Part shown: positions 8,731 to 17,120 of the stretch, in pieces
How the letters are laid out: the number at the start of each line of letters is the position of its first letter
How positions within the stretch are numbered: the first letter of the stretch is position 1
Origin: a virus
Lineage: Duplodnaviria; Heunggongvirae; Uroviricota; Caudoviricetes
Length of the DNA: 31,111 nucleotides
Direction: 5' to 3' (one strand)
IMG/VR virus record: IMGVR_UViG_2563366800_000008
Made by a program: the position numbers and the translations under genes
The notes under the pieces: model-generated
What the model saw: the letters and a program-made list of their open reading frames with translations, nothing else
Database searches by the model: none
What the model was told of the DNA's origin: nothing

Positions 8731-9054
8731 ATGGTTGGTGTGATTGTTATTAACATAGTTTGTATTATATGTGTTTTTTGGGTTTTCTTTGATGCTACTT
8801 CTAACAACATAGGAAGTTATGTTGTTAGAGACGGTGTGCGAAAAGGATGTCGCAGAGGCATACACCCTGTGGTTTGGGCTGCGCTGAGTATATTTATACT
8901 TCCTTTTATTTGGTATCTGATCAACAGGAAATCTTTATTGATCGCTGCGGAAGAATATCCAGTAAAGACTGATAAAAGCGTAAGTTTTATTATTCTACTT
9001 TTGTTGGTATCAGGATGGTTGCTCTATCGCTACAAAGATTATTTATTCTATTAA
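8731..9054 (+). CDS. Small hydrophobic membrane protein (about 3 predicted TM segments), AT-rich moron-like gene
   Basis: 107-aa ORF with visibly lower GC than its flanks and three hydrophobic stretches; followed by an intrinsic terminator. Occupies the position of C in Mu but is not a Mor/C homologue. Confidence 0.55.
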   Translation: MVGVIVINIVCIICVFWVFFDATSNNIGSYVVRDGVRKGCRRGIHPVVWAALSIFILPFIWYLINRKSLLIAAEEYPVKTDKSVSFIILLLLVSGWLLYRYKDYLFY

Positions 9055-9070
9055 GTTATAGCCAATACAA

Positions 9071-9086
9071 TGAAGCCGGTTAATCC
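9071..9086 (+). promoter_or_regulatory. Conserved motif TGAAGCCGGTTAATCC upstream of the lysis operon; candidate late-promoter activator site
   Basis: Identical 16-mer recurs at 17045-17060 upstream of the head gene; both copies lie 76-80 nt before the first ATG of an operon. Confidence 0.45.
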
Positions 9087-9097
9087 GGCTTTTTTTT
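9073..9097 (+). terminator. Rho-independent terminator
   Basis: Perfect inverted repeat AAGCCGG-TTAAT-CCGGCTT followed by a run of T residues. Confidence 0.7.
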
Positions 9098-9150
9098 CGT
9101 CCGGCACATGATGGAAGGGAAATCTAACCCACTTCCAAAGGTGCCGTTTT

Positions 9151-9741
9151 ATGAACAACACCCCCGATTCTCCCGCATTTCGCAATGCTCTTGCTTTCGT
9201 GCTCAGCGCAGAACGCGGATATGTCAATGACCCCACTGACCGTGGCGGTGAAACTAACTTCGGTATATCAGATAAACGCGACGGTGTTGCCGATGGCATG
9301 ACCGACGTTAATGGCGATGGCAAGCCTGATACTCGTATTCGTGATTTAACGGTTGAACAGGCCGGACAGATTTACTTCCGTGACTACTGGTATCCGGCGT
9401 ATTGCCAGTTATGGCCGGATGATATCGCCCTGTTTGTCTTTGATTCTGCCGTCCAGCATGGCGTCAAAAAGGCTGTCCAGTTGCTTCAGGAAGCTGTGGG
9501 TTTCACTGGCAAAAGCGTTGACGGTATCGCCGGTAAAAACACCCGTGCAGCCGTTGAGCGTGCTGACCCTGACTGGCTGCTGAACCGTTTGTTTCTGCAA
9601 CGTTCCCGCTATTACGCCGACATCATCAAAGCAAACTCTTCGCAGGGCAAGTTCCTCAACGGCTGGTTTAACCGCCTTGACAACCTCGCTGACGCCTGTC
9701 GTGAGATTTCCGGTGTCCGCTATTCGGTAGCCCGGAGCTGA
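9151..9741 (+). CDS. Endolysin, GH108-type lysozyme with C-terminal peptidoglycan-binding domain
   Basis: 196-aa ORF; N-terminal LSAERGYVNDPTDRGGETNFGI and C-terminal region VDGIAGKNTRAAVE fit the GH108 plus PG_binding_3 architecture as I recall it. Confidence 0.8.
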   Translation: MNNTPDSPAFRNALAFVLSAERGYVNDPTDRGGETNFGISDKRDGVADGMTDVNGDGKPDTRIRDLTVEQAGQIYFRDYWYPAYCQLWPDDIALFVFDSAVQHGVKKAVQLLQEAVGFTGKSVDGIAGKNTRAAVERADPDWLLNRLFLQRSRYYADIIKANSSQGKFLNGWFNRLDNLADACREISGVRYSVARS

Positions 9742-9742
9742 T

Positions 9743-9961
9743 ATGGGCAAGGGATGGGACGCTTCGCTGAAACAGGGACGACGTGACCGGCTGAGGCAGG
9801 AAGTTCTTCACCGAATAGCAGGTGGCCCCGTCCCCGTTCCGACAAGTTATGCAGGTCATGACGGTACACACGCCAGTTACTACATGCGCGGCTGGTCATC
9901 CGTCGATATCAGAGACATCGTCTGGCAATGCCAGCGATACAAGGAAAAACACAATGTTTAA
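9743..9961 (+). CDS. Hypothetical lysis-cassette protein
   Basis: 72-aa ORF starting 2 nt after the endolysin stop; no TM segment or lipobox seen. Confidence 0.4.
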   Translation: MGKGWDASLKQGRRDRLRQEVLHRIAGGPVPVPTSYAGHDGTHASYYMRGWSSVDIRDIVWQCQRYKEKHNV

Positions 9962-10361
9962 ATCGTTTAGCTGCGACTGGTTAAGGCTGGCACTGGTACA
10001 GGTTTTGCGCTCCGGATGGAGCATTGTCATTCTCGTCGGCCTGTCGCTGTTCATCTGTAGTTTCTCAGGCCGCCAGGCATTTATGGTCTGGTGGCTGGCA
10101 CTCTCCGGCGTGGTTCTGATCGGATTCAGTATCTTTCTTGGCAATCTTCCGTACAGGCTTCTTAAACCTGAAATGCATATCAGCCGGCATGCCCGTTTCT
10201 GGGCGTGGGTCATCTGGGTTGTAGGCGGTTTTCTTCTCATTCTGAGCCAGCTATATGCCACCCCGTTATACCTGATTCTTCTTACACCAGTGGGTGCTGC
10301 AATCGGCGTTCTTTTCTGTATGTGGGTTGAACGTAAGGGGCTTCTTGCATGGATCCAGTAA
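9954..10361 (+). CDS. Integral membrane protein (about 4 TM segments), possible lysis or holin-associated protein
   Basis: ATG 9954 with AAGGA 8 nt upstream; strongly hydrophobic throughout. The ORF-track start at 9822 is an out-of-context extension overlapping the previous gene. Confidence 0.55.
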   Translation: MFKSFSCDWLRLALVQVLRSGWSIVILVGLSLFICSFSGRQAFMVWWLALSGVVLIGFSIFLGNLPYRLLKPEMHISRHARFWAWVIWVVGGFLLILSQLYATPLYLILLTPVGAAIGVLFCMWVERKGLLAWIQ

Positions 10362-10957
10362 CCATCTCTACCGTTGCCAGCGTTCTGATGAAGGCAGGAC
10401 CGTCGTTACTGCGTACCGTGGGCGGCTGGTTCGGTGGCGACACCGCCAGAACGGCAGATTCTGTGGCGGGGATCGTTGAGAACGTCAACAGCGTCATCAA
10501 CCCGCAGGACCAGCAGCGGGTGCTTGAGCAAAAACTGGCGGCGCTGCCGCCAGAACAGTTCGTCCAGCTCCAGTCCCTGAAGGTCCAGATTGAACAATTC
10601 CAGCTTGAGCGGGACAAAGCCGTACTGGCTGACCGTCAGGCTGCCCACCATGAACAGCAGGAAACCATCCGTAACGGGGACAACGCCACGGATGAATATG
10701 TCCGTCAGACCAGACCGCTGATGGCCCGGCTGTCGCTATACAGCAGCATTGCGTATGTGATGCTGATGTCTGTGGGTCAGCAGGCTGGCGCGGTATCCGG
10801 TGCTTTTGGTCATGCCTTCTCCATGCCATCACCGGACTGGGATATCGCACTCATGCTGGCGACACCGGCGCTTGGGTATCTTGGTTTTCGTACCCTTGAC
10901 GGGTTCGCCCGGTACAGCAAATCCAGCAAACACAAAACGATGGCGGCGGGTAGATGA
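10349..10957 (+). CDS. Putative holin (3-TM holin family-like)
   Basis: 202-aa ORF with an N-terminal hydrophobic segment, central coiled coil and C-terminal hydrophobic segments; sits in the lysis cassette. Family assignment is from memory. Confidence 0.5.
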   Translation: MDPVTISTVASVLMKAGPSLLRTVGGWFGGDTARTADSVAGIVENVNSVINPQDQQRVLEQKLAALPPEQFVQLQSLKVQIEQFQLERDKAVLADRQAAHHEQQETIRNGDNATDEYVRQTRPLMARLSLYSSIAYVMLMSVGQQAGAVSGAFGHAFSMPSPDWDIALMLATPALGYLGFRTLDGFARYSKSSKHKTMAAGR

Positions 10958-11160
10958 CGGATGAACTGGACAAGGCCAGCGGCCTTGAGATGGCAGACCG
11001 TGAACGGGCATTAAATGCTCAGTTAAACAGGGTTAAAGAATCTCCTGACACGCCAGACCACTGCAACGACTGTGGTGACGAAATTGACCCGAAACGACTG
11101 GCGGCCATGCCGGATGCCGTGACCTGCATTGACTGCCAGACACTCAGGGAGACGGCATAA
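10954..11160 (+). CDS. traR: TraR/DksA-family C4 zinc-finger protein
   Basis: 68-aa ORF with CNDCGDEI...CIDCQ, the four-cysteine spacing typical of TraR/DksA zinc fingers. Confidence 0.8.
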   Translation: MTDELDKASGLEMADRERALNAQLNRVKESPDTPDHCNDCGDEIDPKRLAAMPDAVTCIDCQTLRETA

Positions 11161-11466
11161 ATGGAATGGGAAACCGTAAGAAGTAACTGGGCTGTCATCT
11201 GGGCCGGACTGATGTCCGGTATCAATATTATCCACCTGCTGCTGGTGAAAACCTATGCCCGCCGGGAAGAGATGGAGAAAGTTAACAGCCGGATGAGTGC
11301 ACTTGAAAAGGCCATCGACGGGATGCCGTCACGGCAGGAACTCCACCAGTTGCAACTGGATATGAGCAACCTGCGCGGCGAAATACGGGAGTTCTCCGGA
11401 ATGCTCCGGCAGGCCACACGTATCAGCGATCTGTTGCTGGAAAACGAACTGAAGGAAAAAAATTAA
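11161..11466 (+). CDS. Hypothetical membrane-anchored coiled-coil protein
   Basis: 101-aa ORF; N-terminal hydrophobic helix then coiled coil. Conserved in this position in Mu-like phages as far as I recall. Confidence 0.55.
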   Translation: MEWETVRSNWAVIWAGLMSGINIIHLLLVKTYARREEMEKVNSRMSALEKAIDGMPSRQELHQLQLDMSNLRGEIREFSGMLRQATRISDLLLENELKEKN

Positions 11467-11472
11467 GAGGCT

Positions 11473-11766
11473 ATGAGCATGCAAGAAATCCTCAACAGCG
11501 ACCAGCGTCTGGTCATTCTGCGCTCACTGGTGGAGTGCGGAGACAGTGCAAACGAATCCATTCTACAGACCTGCCTCCAGACCTACGGCCACCGGGTTTC
11601 CCGTGACACCGTCCGCACCCTCCTTGCGTGGCTACGTGAACAGGGACTCGTCACCCTGTCAGATGTCTCCGGGTGTTACGTCGCCGGCATCACAGGACGC
11701 GGTGAAGATGTGGCCTTTGGGCTGGCGACGGTCCCCGGCGTCAAAAAACCACGTGCGCGGGAGTGA
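11473..11766 (+). CDS. Hypothetical winged-helix-like protein
   Basis: 97-aa ORF on the late strand; no confident family assignment. Confidence 0.5.
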   Translation: MSMQEILNSDQRLVILRSLVECGDSANESILQTCLQTYGHRVSRDTVRTLLAWLREQGLVTLSDVSGCYVAGITGRGEDVAFGLATVPGVKKPRARE

Positions 11767-11768
11767 CG

Positions 11769-12143
11769 ATGGAACGGGCCAGAATACTTCAAATGTTAAT
11801 GACCTGCCGCCAGCAGGCGGAACAGTTGCGCCGCCTGTCAGGTCTGGCGGAGCGTCGGGAGTCCGGTGAAATCGGCATGTCAGCGAATGCGCTTTTTCAG
11901 GCCGCTGTGATCATTGATTCCCTTATCAGTGCAAATGAAAAAGCACTGGAAGGCATTGCCCGGTTGGACCGCTCTGAAACCCAGCTTATAGGAGAGCGCG
12001 ATCAGGTTATCGCCGTACTGGACAGCATGTATGAGGCTGTAACCGGTGCGCCCCCTGAGTGGAGCAGCGCATTTGGTTTTACGGATGCGATTAACGATGT
12101 GACAGAGCGTATTTTTGAACTGGAGAACATCTGCCATGACTAA
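11769..12143 (+). CDS. Hypothetical protein
   Basis: ORF-track start 11763 is a GTG that overlaps the previous stop; ATG at 11769 has GGAG upstream. Confidence 0.5.
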   Translation: MERARILQMLMTCRQQAEQLRRLSGLAERRESGEIGMSANALFQAAVIIDSLISANEKALEGIARLDRSETQLIGERDQVIAVLDSMYEAVTGAPPEWSSAFGFTDAINDVTERIFELENICHD

Positions 12144-12414
12144 AGCCCTTAAGCCACTGAGCAGCAGCCAGCGCGACATCATCCGGAAAATGGCCGCCAT
12201 TCTCGTCTGTGCGGAAATTGAAGTCAGAGCCATTGCACCGCAGTTTGAAAAATCGACGGGTAAAAAATACAACTCCGAATCCGCTGATTCGTATCTGAAC
12301 ACATTCCTCAACAGCAACCCGGAATACAAACGCGTCTGGAAGTTGCTGCTGAAAGACAAATCCAGCGTTGAACGTGACTTCCTTGAACGTATGAGGAGGG
12401 AGAATGGCAAGTGA
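12136..12414 (+). CDS. Hypothetical protein
   Basis: ATG 12136 inside ORF 12115..12414, overlapping the previous stop by 8 nt. Confidence 0.45.
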   Translation: MTKALKPLSSSQRDIIRKMAAILVCAEIEVRAIAPQFEKSTGKKYNSESADSYLNTFLNSNPEYKRVWKLLLKDKSSVERDFLERMRRENGK

Positions 12415-12982
12415 ACGCCAGACGCGCGGACGACCCTCAAAGATTGATTTGCTCCCGGATGCGGTCCGGGAGCAACTTCATCAGATGCTGCGCGACAAAC
12501 GACATACCCAGGAAGAAATCCGCGAAGCGATTAACGAGCTGATCAACGAATATAACCTTCCGGAGGACATGCAAATCAGCCGTACCGGTCTGAACCGCTA
12601 CGCAAGCCGCATGGAAACGATGGGGTCAAAGATTCGCGCTTCACGCGAGATGGCTGAAATATGGGCATCAAAACTTGGCTCAGCGCCGACGTCTGACGTC
12701 GGAAAATTACTGCTGGAGTTTGTCAAAACACTGGCCTTTGAAACCTCAATGGAAATGGCTGACAGCGATAAAACTGTCGAACCAAAAGCGCTGGGCCAGC
12801 TTGCGCTTGTCGCCCAGCGACTGGAAGCCGCAGCGATGGCAAGCCACAAACGCGAGAAAGAAATCCAGCAGGAGTTTGCGAAAAAAGCCGCTGCGGCCGC
12901 AGAGACCATAACCCGTTCTGCTGGTCTGTCTGCTGAGACGGCGGCTGATATCAAACGTCAGATTCTGGGGATTGCAGAATGA
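12404..12982 (+). CDS. Terminase small-subunit-like protein (Mu gp27 family)
   Basis: 192-aa ORF directly before the large terminase; N-terminus RGRPSKIDLLPDAVREQL resembles Mu gp27 as recalled. Confidence 0.7.
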   Translation: MASERQTRGRPSKIDLLPDAVREQLHQMLRDKRHTQEEIREAINELINEYNLPEDMQISRTGLNRYASRMETMGSKIRASREMAEIWASKLGSAPTSDVGKLLLEFVKTLAFETSMEMADSDKTVEPKALGQLALVAQRLEAAAMASHKREKEIQQEFAKKAAAAAETITRSAGLSAETAADIKRQILGIAE

Positions 12983-14562
12983 CGACGATGACGCCGGACA
13001 GAACACTCACCAGTCAGTCCGCTGCGGCTATCCTGTCGGGCGAGTTCGACAAAAGCCAGCTACTGCTTCCCTACCAGAAGCGGTGGATTGCCGACTCCTC
13101 TCAACTGAAGATTGCCGAGAAGTCGCGTCGTACCGGTCTGACCTGGGCGGAAGCCGCTGACGCGGCCCTCAACGGCTCAATGTCGGTGGAGGCCGGTGGG
13201 TGCGACACATTCTACGTCGGCACAACGAAAGACATGGCCCGTGAGTTTATTGATGCCTGTGCCATGTGGGCGAAAGCCTATGACCGCGCCGCGTCTGGCA
13301 TTGGTGAAGAAGTGCTGAAGGATGAAGACAAAGACATCCTGGTCTATGTCATCCAGTTCGCCAGTGGCTACAAAATCAAGGCGCTGTCGTCTAACCCGTC
13401 GAACCTGCGTGGTATGCAGGGTAACGTCATCATTGATGAGGCCGCATTCCAGGCTGACCTTGCAGCGGTACTCAAGGCGGCGCTGGCGCTGACAATGTGG
13501 GGGAATAATGTTCGCCTTATTTCCACTCACAACGGTATTGATAACCTGTTTAACACCATCATCACCGACAGCCGGGCCGGGAAAAAACGCTACTCTGTCC
13601 ATCACGTCGATATTGAAACGGCCATTGCAGAGGGGCTGTATCAGCGCATCTGTCAGGTTACAAAAAAAGTCTGGTCTGTGGAGGCCGAAGCGGAATGGCT
13701 GGCTAACCTGCTGAGCGACACGGCCACAGAGGAAGATGCCCGCGAGGAATACTACTGCGAGCCGAAGAACGGCGGTGGCGTCTATATCGCACGTTCCCTG
13801 CGCGAACGTGCGGCCAGAGGTCCGACCGTTGTCCTGCGCTTCACCGGTACGGCTGATTTTAACGCGATGCCGGACGGACTGCGCCGTGTGGAAATGCAGG
13901 AATGGCTGGAGACGGTCGTACTACCCGAACTGGAGAAGCTGCCGCAGAACCTGCGCCACTGTCTGGGGGAGGACTTTGCGCGTAATGGTGACCTGACCGT
14001 GTTTGCACCGGTGACAGTCAACGATGACACGACGCGCAACGTCCCGTTCCTGGTGGAACTCAGCAATGTGCCATTTAAACAGCAGGAGCAGGCGCTGTTT
14101 TATATCTGTGACAGGCTTCCCCGCCGTGACGGCATCAAGCTCGATGCGCGGGGTAACGGTCAGTATCTGGCAGAACAGGCGGCGGAAAAATACGGTGATG
14201 AAGTTGAGCAGGTGCAGCTTTCCGTCAAATACTACCGGGAGAACATGCCACGGTTCCGTGCGGCATTCGAAGACAATGAGCTGGTACTGCCAAAGCATGA
14301 AGATGTGATCACAGACCTCGGCGCAATTCAGCTTTATCGCGGCGTACCGGGCATTGATGATGCACGAACTACCGGCACCGATGGCCGCAAGCGTCACGGT
14401 GACTCTGCTATCGCTATTTTTCTCGGTTTCCTCGCCAGTCGCGAGGACTGCCGCCGTTATGAAGTCCACAAGTTAAAGAAACCTTCCCGCCCCGATGAGC
14501 GTAATGAACACCGTCAGGTCCGCATCACACGGGGTCTTAAAAATCAGCGGGGATTACTCTGA
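12979..14562 (+). CDS. Terminase large subunit (Mu gp28-like)
   Basis: 527-aa ORF, the size and position of Mu gp28; acidic nuclease-like C-terminal half. Confidence 0.85.
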   Translation: MTTMTPDRTLTSQSAAAILSGEFDKSQLLLPYQKRWIADSSQLKIAEKSRRTGLTWAEAADAALNGSMSVEAGGCDTFYVGTTKDMAREFIDACAMWAKAYDRAASGIGEEVLKDEDKDILVYVIQFASGYKIKALSSNPSNLRGMQGNVIIDEAAFQADLAAVLKAALALTMWGNNVRLISTHNGIDNLFNTIITDSRAGKKRYSVHHVDIETAIAEGLYQRICQVTKKVWSVEAEAEWLANLLSDTATEEDAREEYYCEPKNGGGVYIARSLRERAARGPTVVLRFTGTADFNAMPDGLRRVEMQEWLETVVLPELEKLPQNLRHCLGEDFARNGDLTVFAPVTVNDDTTRNVPFLVELSNVPFKQQEQALFYICDRLPRRDGIKLDARGNGQYLAEQAAEKYGDEVEQVQLSVKYYRENMPRFRAAFEDNELVLPKHEDVITDLGAIQLYRGVPGIDDARTTGTDGRKRHGDSAIAIFLGFLASREDCRRYEVHKLKKPSRPDERNEHRQVRITRGLKNQRGLL

Positions 14563-16130
14563 TGTTTAAACAACTAACCGGAGCCGTTCGCCGGCTGCTC
14601 AGTCCTGCCACGGGAGAAGTTGTCACCGTGAACAAGGATGAGCTGAAGCAGACGCAATCCGCAGCGGCGGTAATGAGTGTACGTTCCCCCTCGGCAGGTA
14701 TCAGCGTTGCCAGTACGCTGAGTCCCGGCAGGCTTGCGGGGATCTTACGTAATGCAGCCGATGGTCATGCCCGTGATTTCTTCATTATGGCGGAGGAACT
14801 GGAGGAACGTGACCTCCACTACGCCAGCGTTTTACGTACACGCAAGCTGACGGTTTCCGGGATTGAACCTTCAGTGGAGGCCGGGAGCGATTCCCCGCGG
14901 GATGTGGAAATCGCAGATGATATCCGTAACCTCATGGCGCAACCGCAGGTTCCCGAACTGCTGTTCGATTTGCTGGACGGGCTTGGTAAAGGCGTTGGTG
15001 TCTGCGAAATCCTCTGGAATACCAGCACCACACTCTGGAAACCCCGCGATTATGAATGGGTAGATCCACGTTTTCTGAAACCTGACCGGGAAACGCTGCG
15101 TGATTTCAGACTACTGACGGACAGGAACCCCATCGATGGTGAGCCATTGTCACCGGGGAAATTTATCGTCCATAAGCCCCGCCTGAAATCCGGTCTGCCC
15201 TTGCGTAACGGTCTGGCGCGTCTGGTGGCCGTCATGTATATGCTCAAGTCCTACACAGTCCGGGACTGGTGGGCGTTTGCTGAAAAATTTGGCATCCCGA
15301 TTGTGGTGGGTAAATACGGCAACAACGCCAGCCCGGAACAAATCCAGACATTGCTGGATGCGATTGCATCACTGGCATCAGATGCCGGCTGCGCAATCCC
15401 CGACTCGATGAAACTGGAGATGCAGGAAGCGGCGAGCCGTAACAGCGGTGGCACTCTCTTTAAAGAGATGGCCGAATGGTGTGACGCGCAGATTAGTAAG
15501 GCCGTACTGGGGCAGACCATGACCACGGATGACGGCAGTTCACGTGCTCAGGCGGAAGTCCACAATGGTGTGCGTATGGACATCGCCAAATGGGATGCCT
15601 GGCAGTTATCCAACACGCTGTCTGAATTCCTTGTTCGTCCCTATGTGGATATGAATTACGGACCACAGGAGCATTACCCCCGCGTCGTTCTGCGCATCAG
15701 CAAACCGGAAGATCTTAAGGTTCTGGTGGATGCACTGTCGCCGCTGATTGACCGGGGGATGGAAGTTCAGATGTCAGAGATCCGTGACAAATTCGGGCTG
15801 TCTGAACCGGAGAAAGGCGCAAAAATTCTGACACCAACGGCGCAAATGACTAACCCACTACCGGCCATGAACCGTGAGCAGACTGCGCTTAACCGCAGCC
15901 AGCCTGACGTTCTTGATATGATGGTGGATGAAGCGATGAATGACTGGCAGCGTACCGGCGATGCGTTCACCAGTCCGGTGCTTGAGCTGGCAAAGAAATC
16001 TGACAGCTTTGAATCTTTTCTTGCTGGCCTGCCGGCGCTTCAGAAAGAACTTGATGCGGATGAGTTTGCGACGCAGCTGGCGATGCTCTGTTTTAAAGCC
16101 CGGTCGCTGGGAGATGTAAACGATGGCTAA
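14562..16130 (+). CDS. Portal protein (Mu gp29 family)
   Basis: 522-aa ORF immediately after the terminase; size and position match the Mu portal. Confidence 0.85.
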   Translation: MFKQLTGAVRRLLSPATGEVVTVNKDELKQTQSAAAVMSVRSPSAGISVASTLSPGRLAGILRNAADGHARDFFIMAEELEERDLHYASVLRTRKLTVSGIEPSVEAGSDSPRDVEIADDIRNLMAQPQVPELLFDLLDGLGKGVGVCEILWNTSTTLWKPRDYEWVDPRFLKPDRETLRDFRLLTDRNPIDGEPLSPGKFIVHKPRLKSGLPLRNGLARLVAVMYMLKSYTVRDWWAFAEKFGIPIVVGKYGNNASPEQIQTLLDAIASLASDAGCAIPDSMKLEMQEAASRNSGGTLFKEMAEWCDAQISKAVLGQTMTTDDGSSRAQAEVHNGVRMDIAKWDAWQLSNTLSEFLVRPYVDMNYGPQEHYPRVVLRISKPEDLKVLVDALSPLIDRGMEVQMSEIRDKFGLSEPEKGAKILTPTAQMTNPLPAMNREQTALNRSQPDVLDMMVDEAMNDWQRTGDAFTSPVLELAKKSDSFESFLAGLPALQKELDADEFATQLAMLCFKARSLGDVNDG

Positions 16131-16917
16131 GCCGGTCAGCGATAAATACAGCATTATTCCCCAGGAAGCACTGGCCTGGCTGAAGGCGAAAAAGCTGAAG
16201 CCGGGATTTGATTACCGCGATGTCTGGATGGAAGAACACAGCATCGGCTTTACTGTGGCAAAGATGACGCAGCTTGATTTGCTGGCGGACGTTCGCCAGC
16301 TCGTGGAGGACGCACTGGAGAGCGGCCAGACCTTTGAGCAATTTCGCGAGGTTCTTAAACCTATGCTGGTCAAACGTGGATGGTGGGGACAGCAACTGAT
16401 GGATGATCCACTGACCGGTGAAACCCGTACTGTCCAGCTCGGCAGTGACCGCCGGATGCGCGTTATCTACGACACCAACATGCGGACAGCCCGCGCGGCG
16501 GGACAATGGCAGCGTATTGAACGGACCCAACGGGCAATGCCTTATCTTGTCTACACCGTCGGCCCCTCACGTGAGCACCGTGCGGAGCATCTGCGCTGGA
16601 AGGATGTCTGCCTGCCGGTGGATCATCCGTTCTGGCGAACACACATGGGGCCGAACGGCTGGGGATGCAAATGCGGTACACGGCAAATCAGCCGGTATGA
16701 GTATGAGCAGATGAAGGCCAACGGCACTATCAACACGGAAGCCCCTGAAGTGCGTACGGTCAGATGGGTTAACAAACGCACCGGCGAAGAAGAGACCATT
16801 CCGGAGGGGATTGATCCCGGCTGGGCGTACAACCCCGGAATCTCCCGCAGTCGCGAGCTGGATGAACAGCTACGCAGAAAACAGGACGCGTTTGACAGTC
16901 ATTCGCCACAAAGATAA
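16123..16917 (+). CDS. Head morphogenesis protein (Mu F-like)
   Basis: 264-aa ORF after the portal, the position of Mu F. Confidence 0.7.
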   Translation: MAKPVSDKYSIIPQEALAWLKAKKLKPGFDYRDVWMEEHSIGFTVAKMTQLDLLADVRQLVEDALESGQTFEQFREVLKPMLVKRGWWGQQLMDDPLTGETRTVQLGSDRRMRVIYDTNMRTARAAGQWQRIERTQRAMPYLVYTVGPSREHRAEHLRWKDVCLPVDHPFWRTHMGPNGWGCKCGTRQISRYEYEQMKANGTINTEAPEVRTVRWVNKRTGEEETIPEGIDPGWAYNPGISRSRELDEQLRRKQDAFDSHSPQR

Positions 16918-16958
16918 AAACCATCCCACAACGCGCGTGGCGGCATTAACGATTATTA

Positions 16959-17060
16959 CGTCATGACGGCACGTGAAAAAATCGTTAAACGCGCCACAGC
17001 GTTTTTAAACGTGTTTTAAACGCGGTTTCATGCCGCGTTTACAGTGAAGCCGGTTAATCC
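16959..17060 (+). promoter_or_regulatory. Head-operon upstream regulatory array: palindromes, 9-mer repeats and the shared 16-mer
   Basis: Palindrome CGTCATGACG (16959-16968), CACGTG (16970-16975), three direct TTAAACGYG copies (16985, 17005, 17016) and one inverted copy forming a 9-bp stem (17017-17041), then TGAAGCCGGTTAATCC (17045-17060), 61 nt before the protease/scaffold ATG. Confidence 0.5.
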
Positions 17061-17120
17061 ACCTGCATCCCCGTTCCCCCCCACACTGTCCGGAAGTAAA
17101 CAACGTGACCGGACAACACC

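Noticed and set aside
9822-9953. N-terminal extension of the membrane-protein ORF in the ORF track
   Set aside because: Would overlap gene 9743..9961 by over 130 nt in another frame; an ATG with AAGGA upstream at 9954 gives a compact gene that starts at the hydrophobic domain.
13921-14469. 182-aa minus-strand ORF
   Set aside because: Lies inside the large terminase gene on the opposite strand; no independent support.
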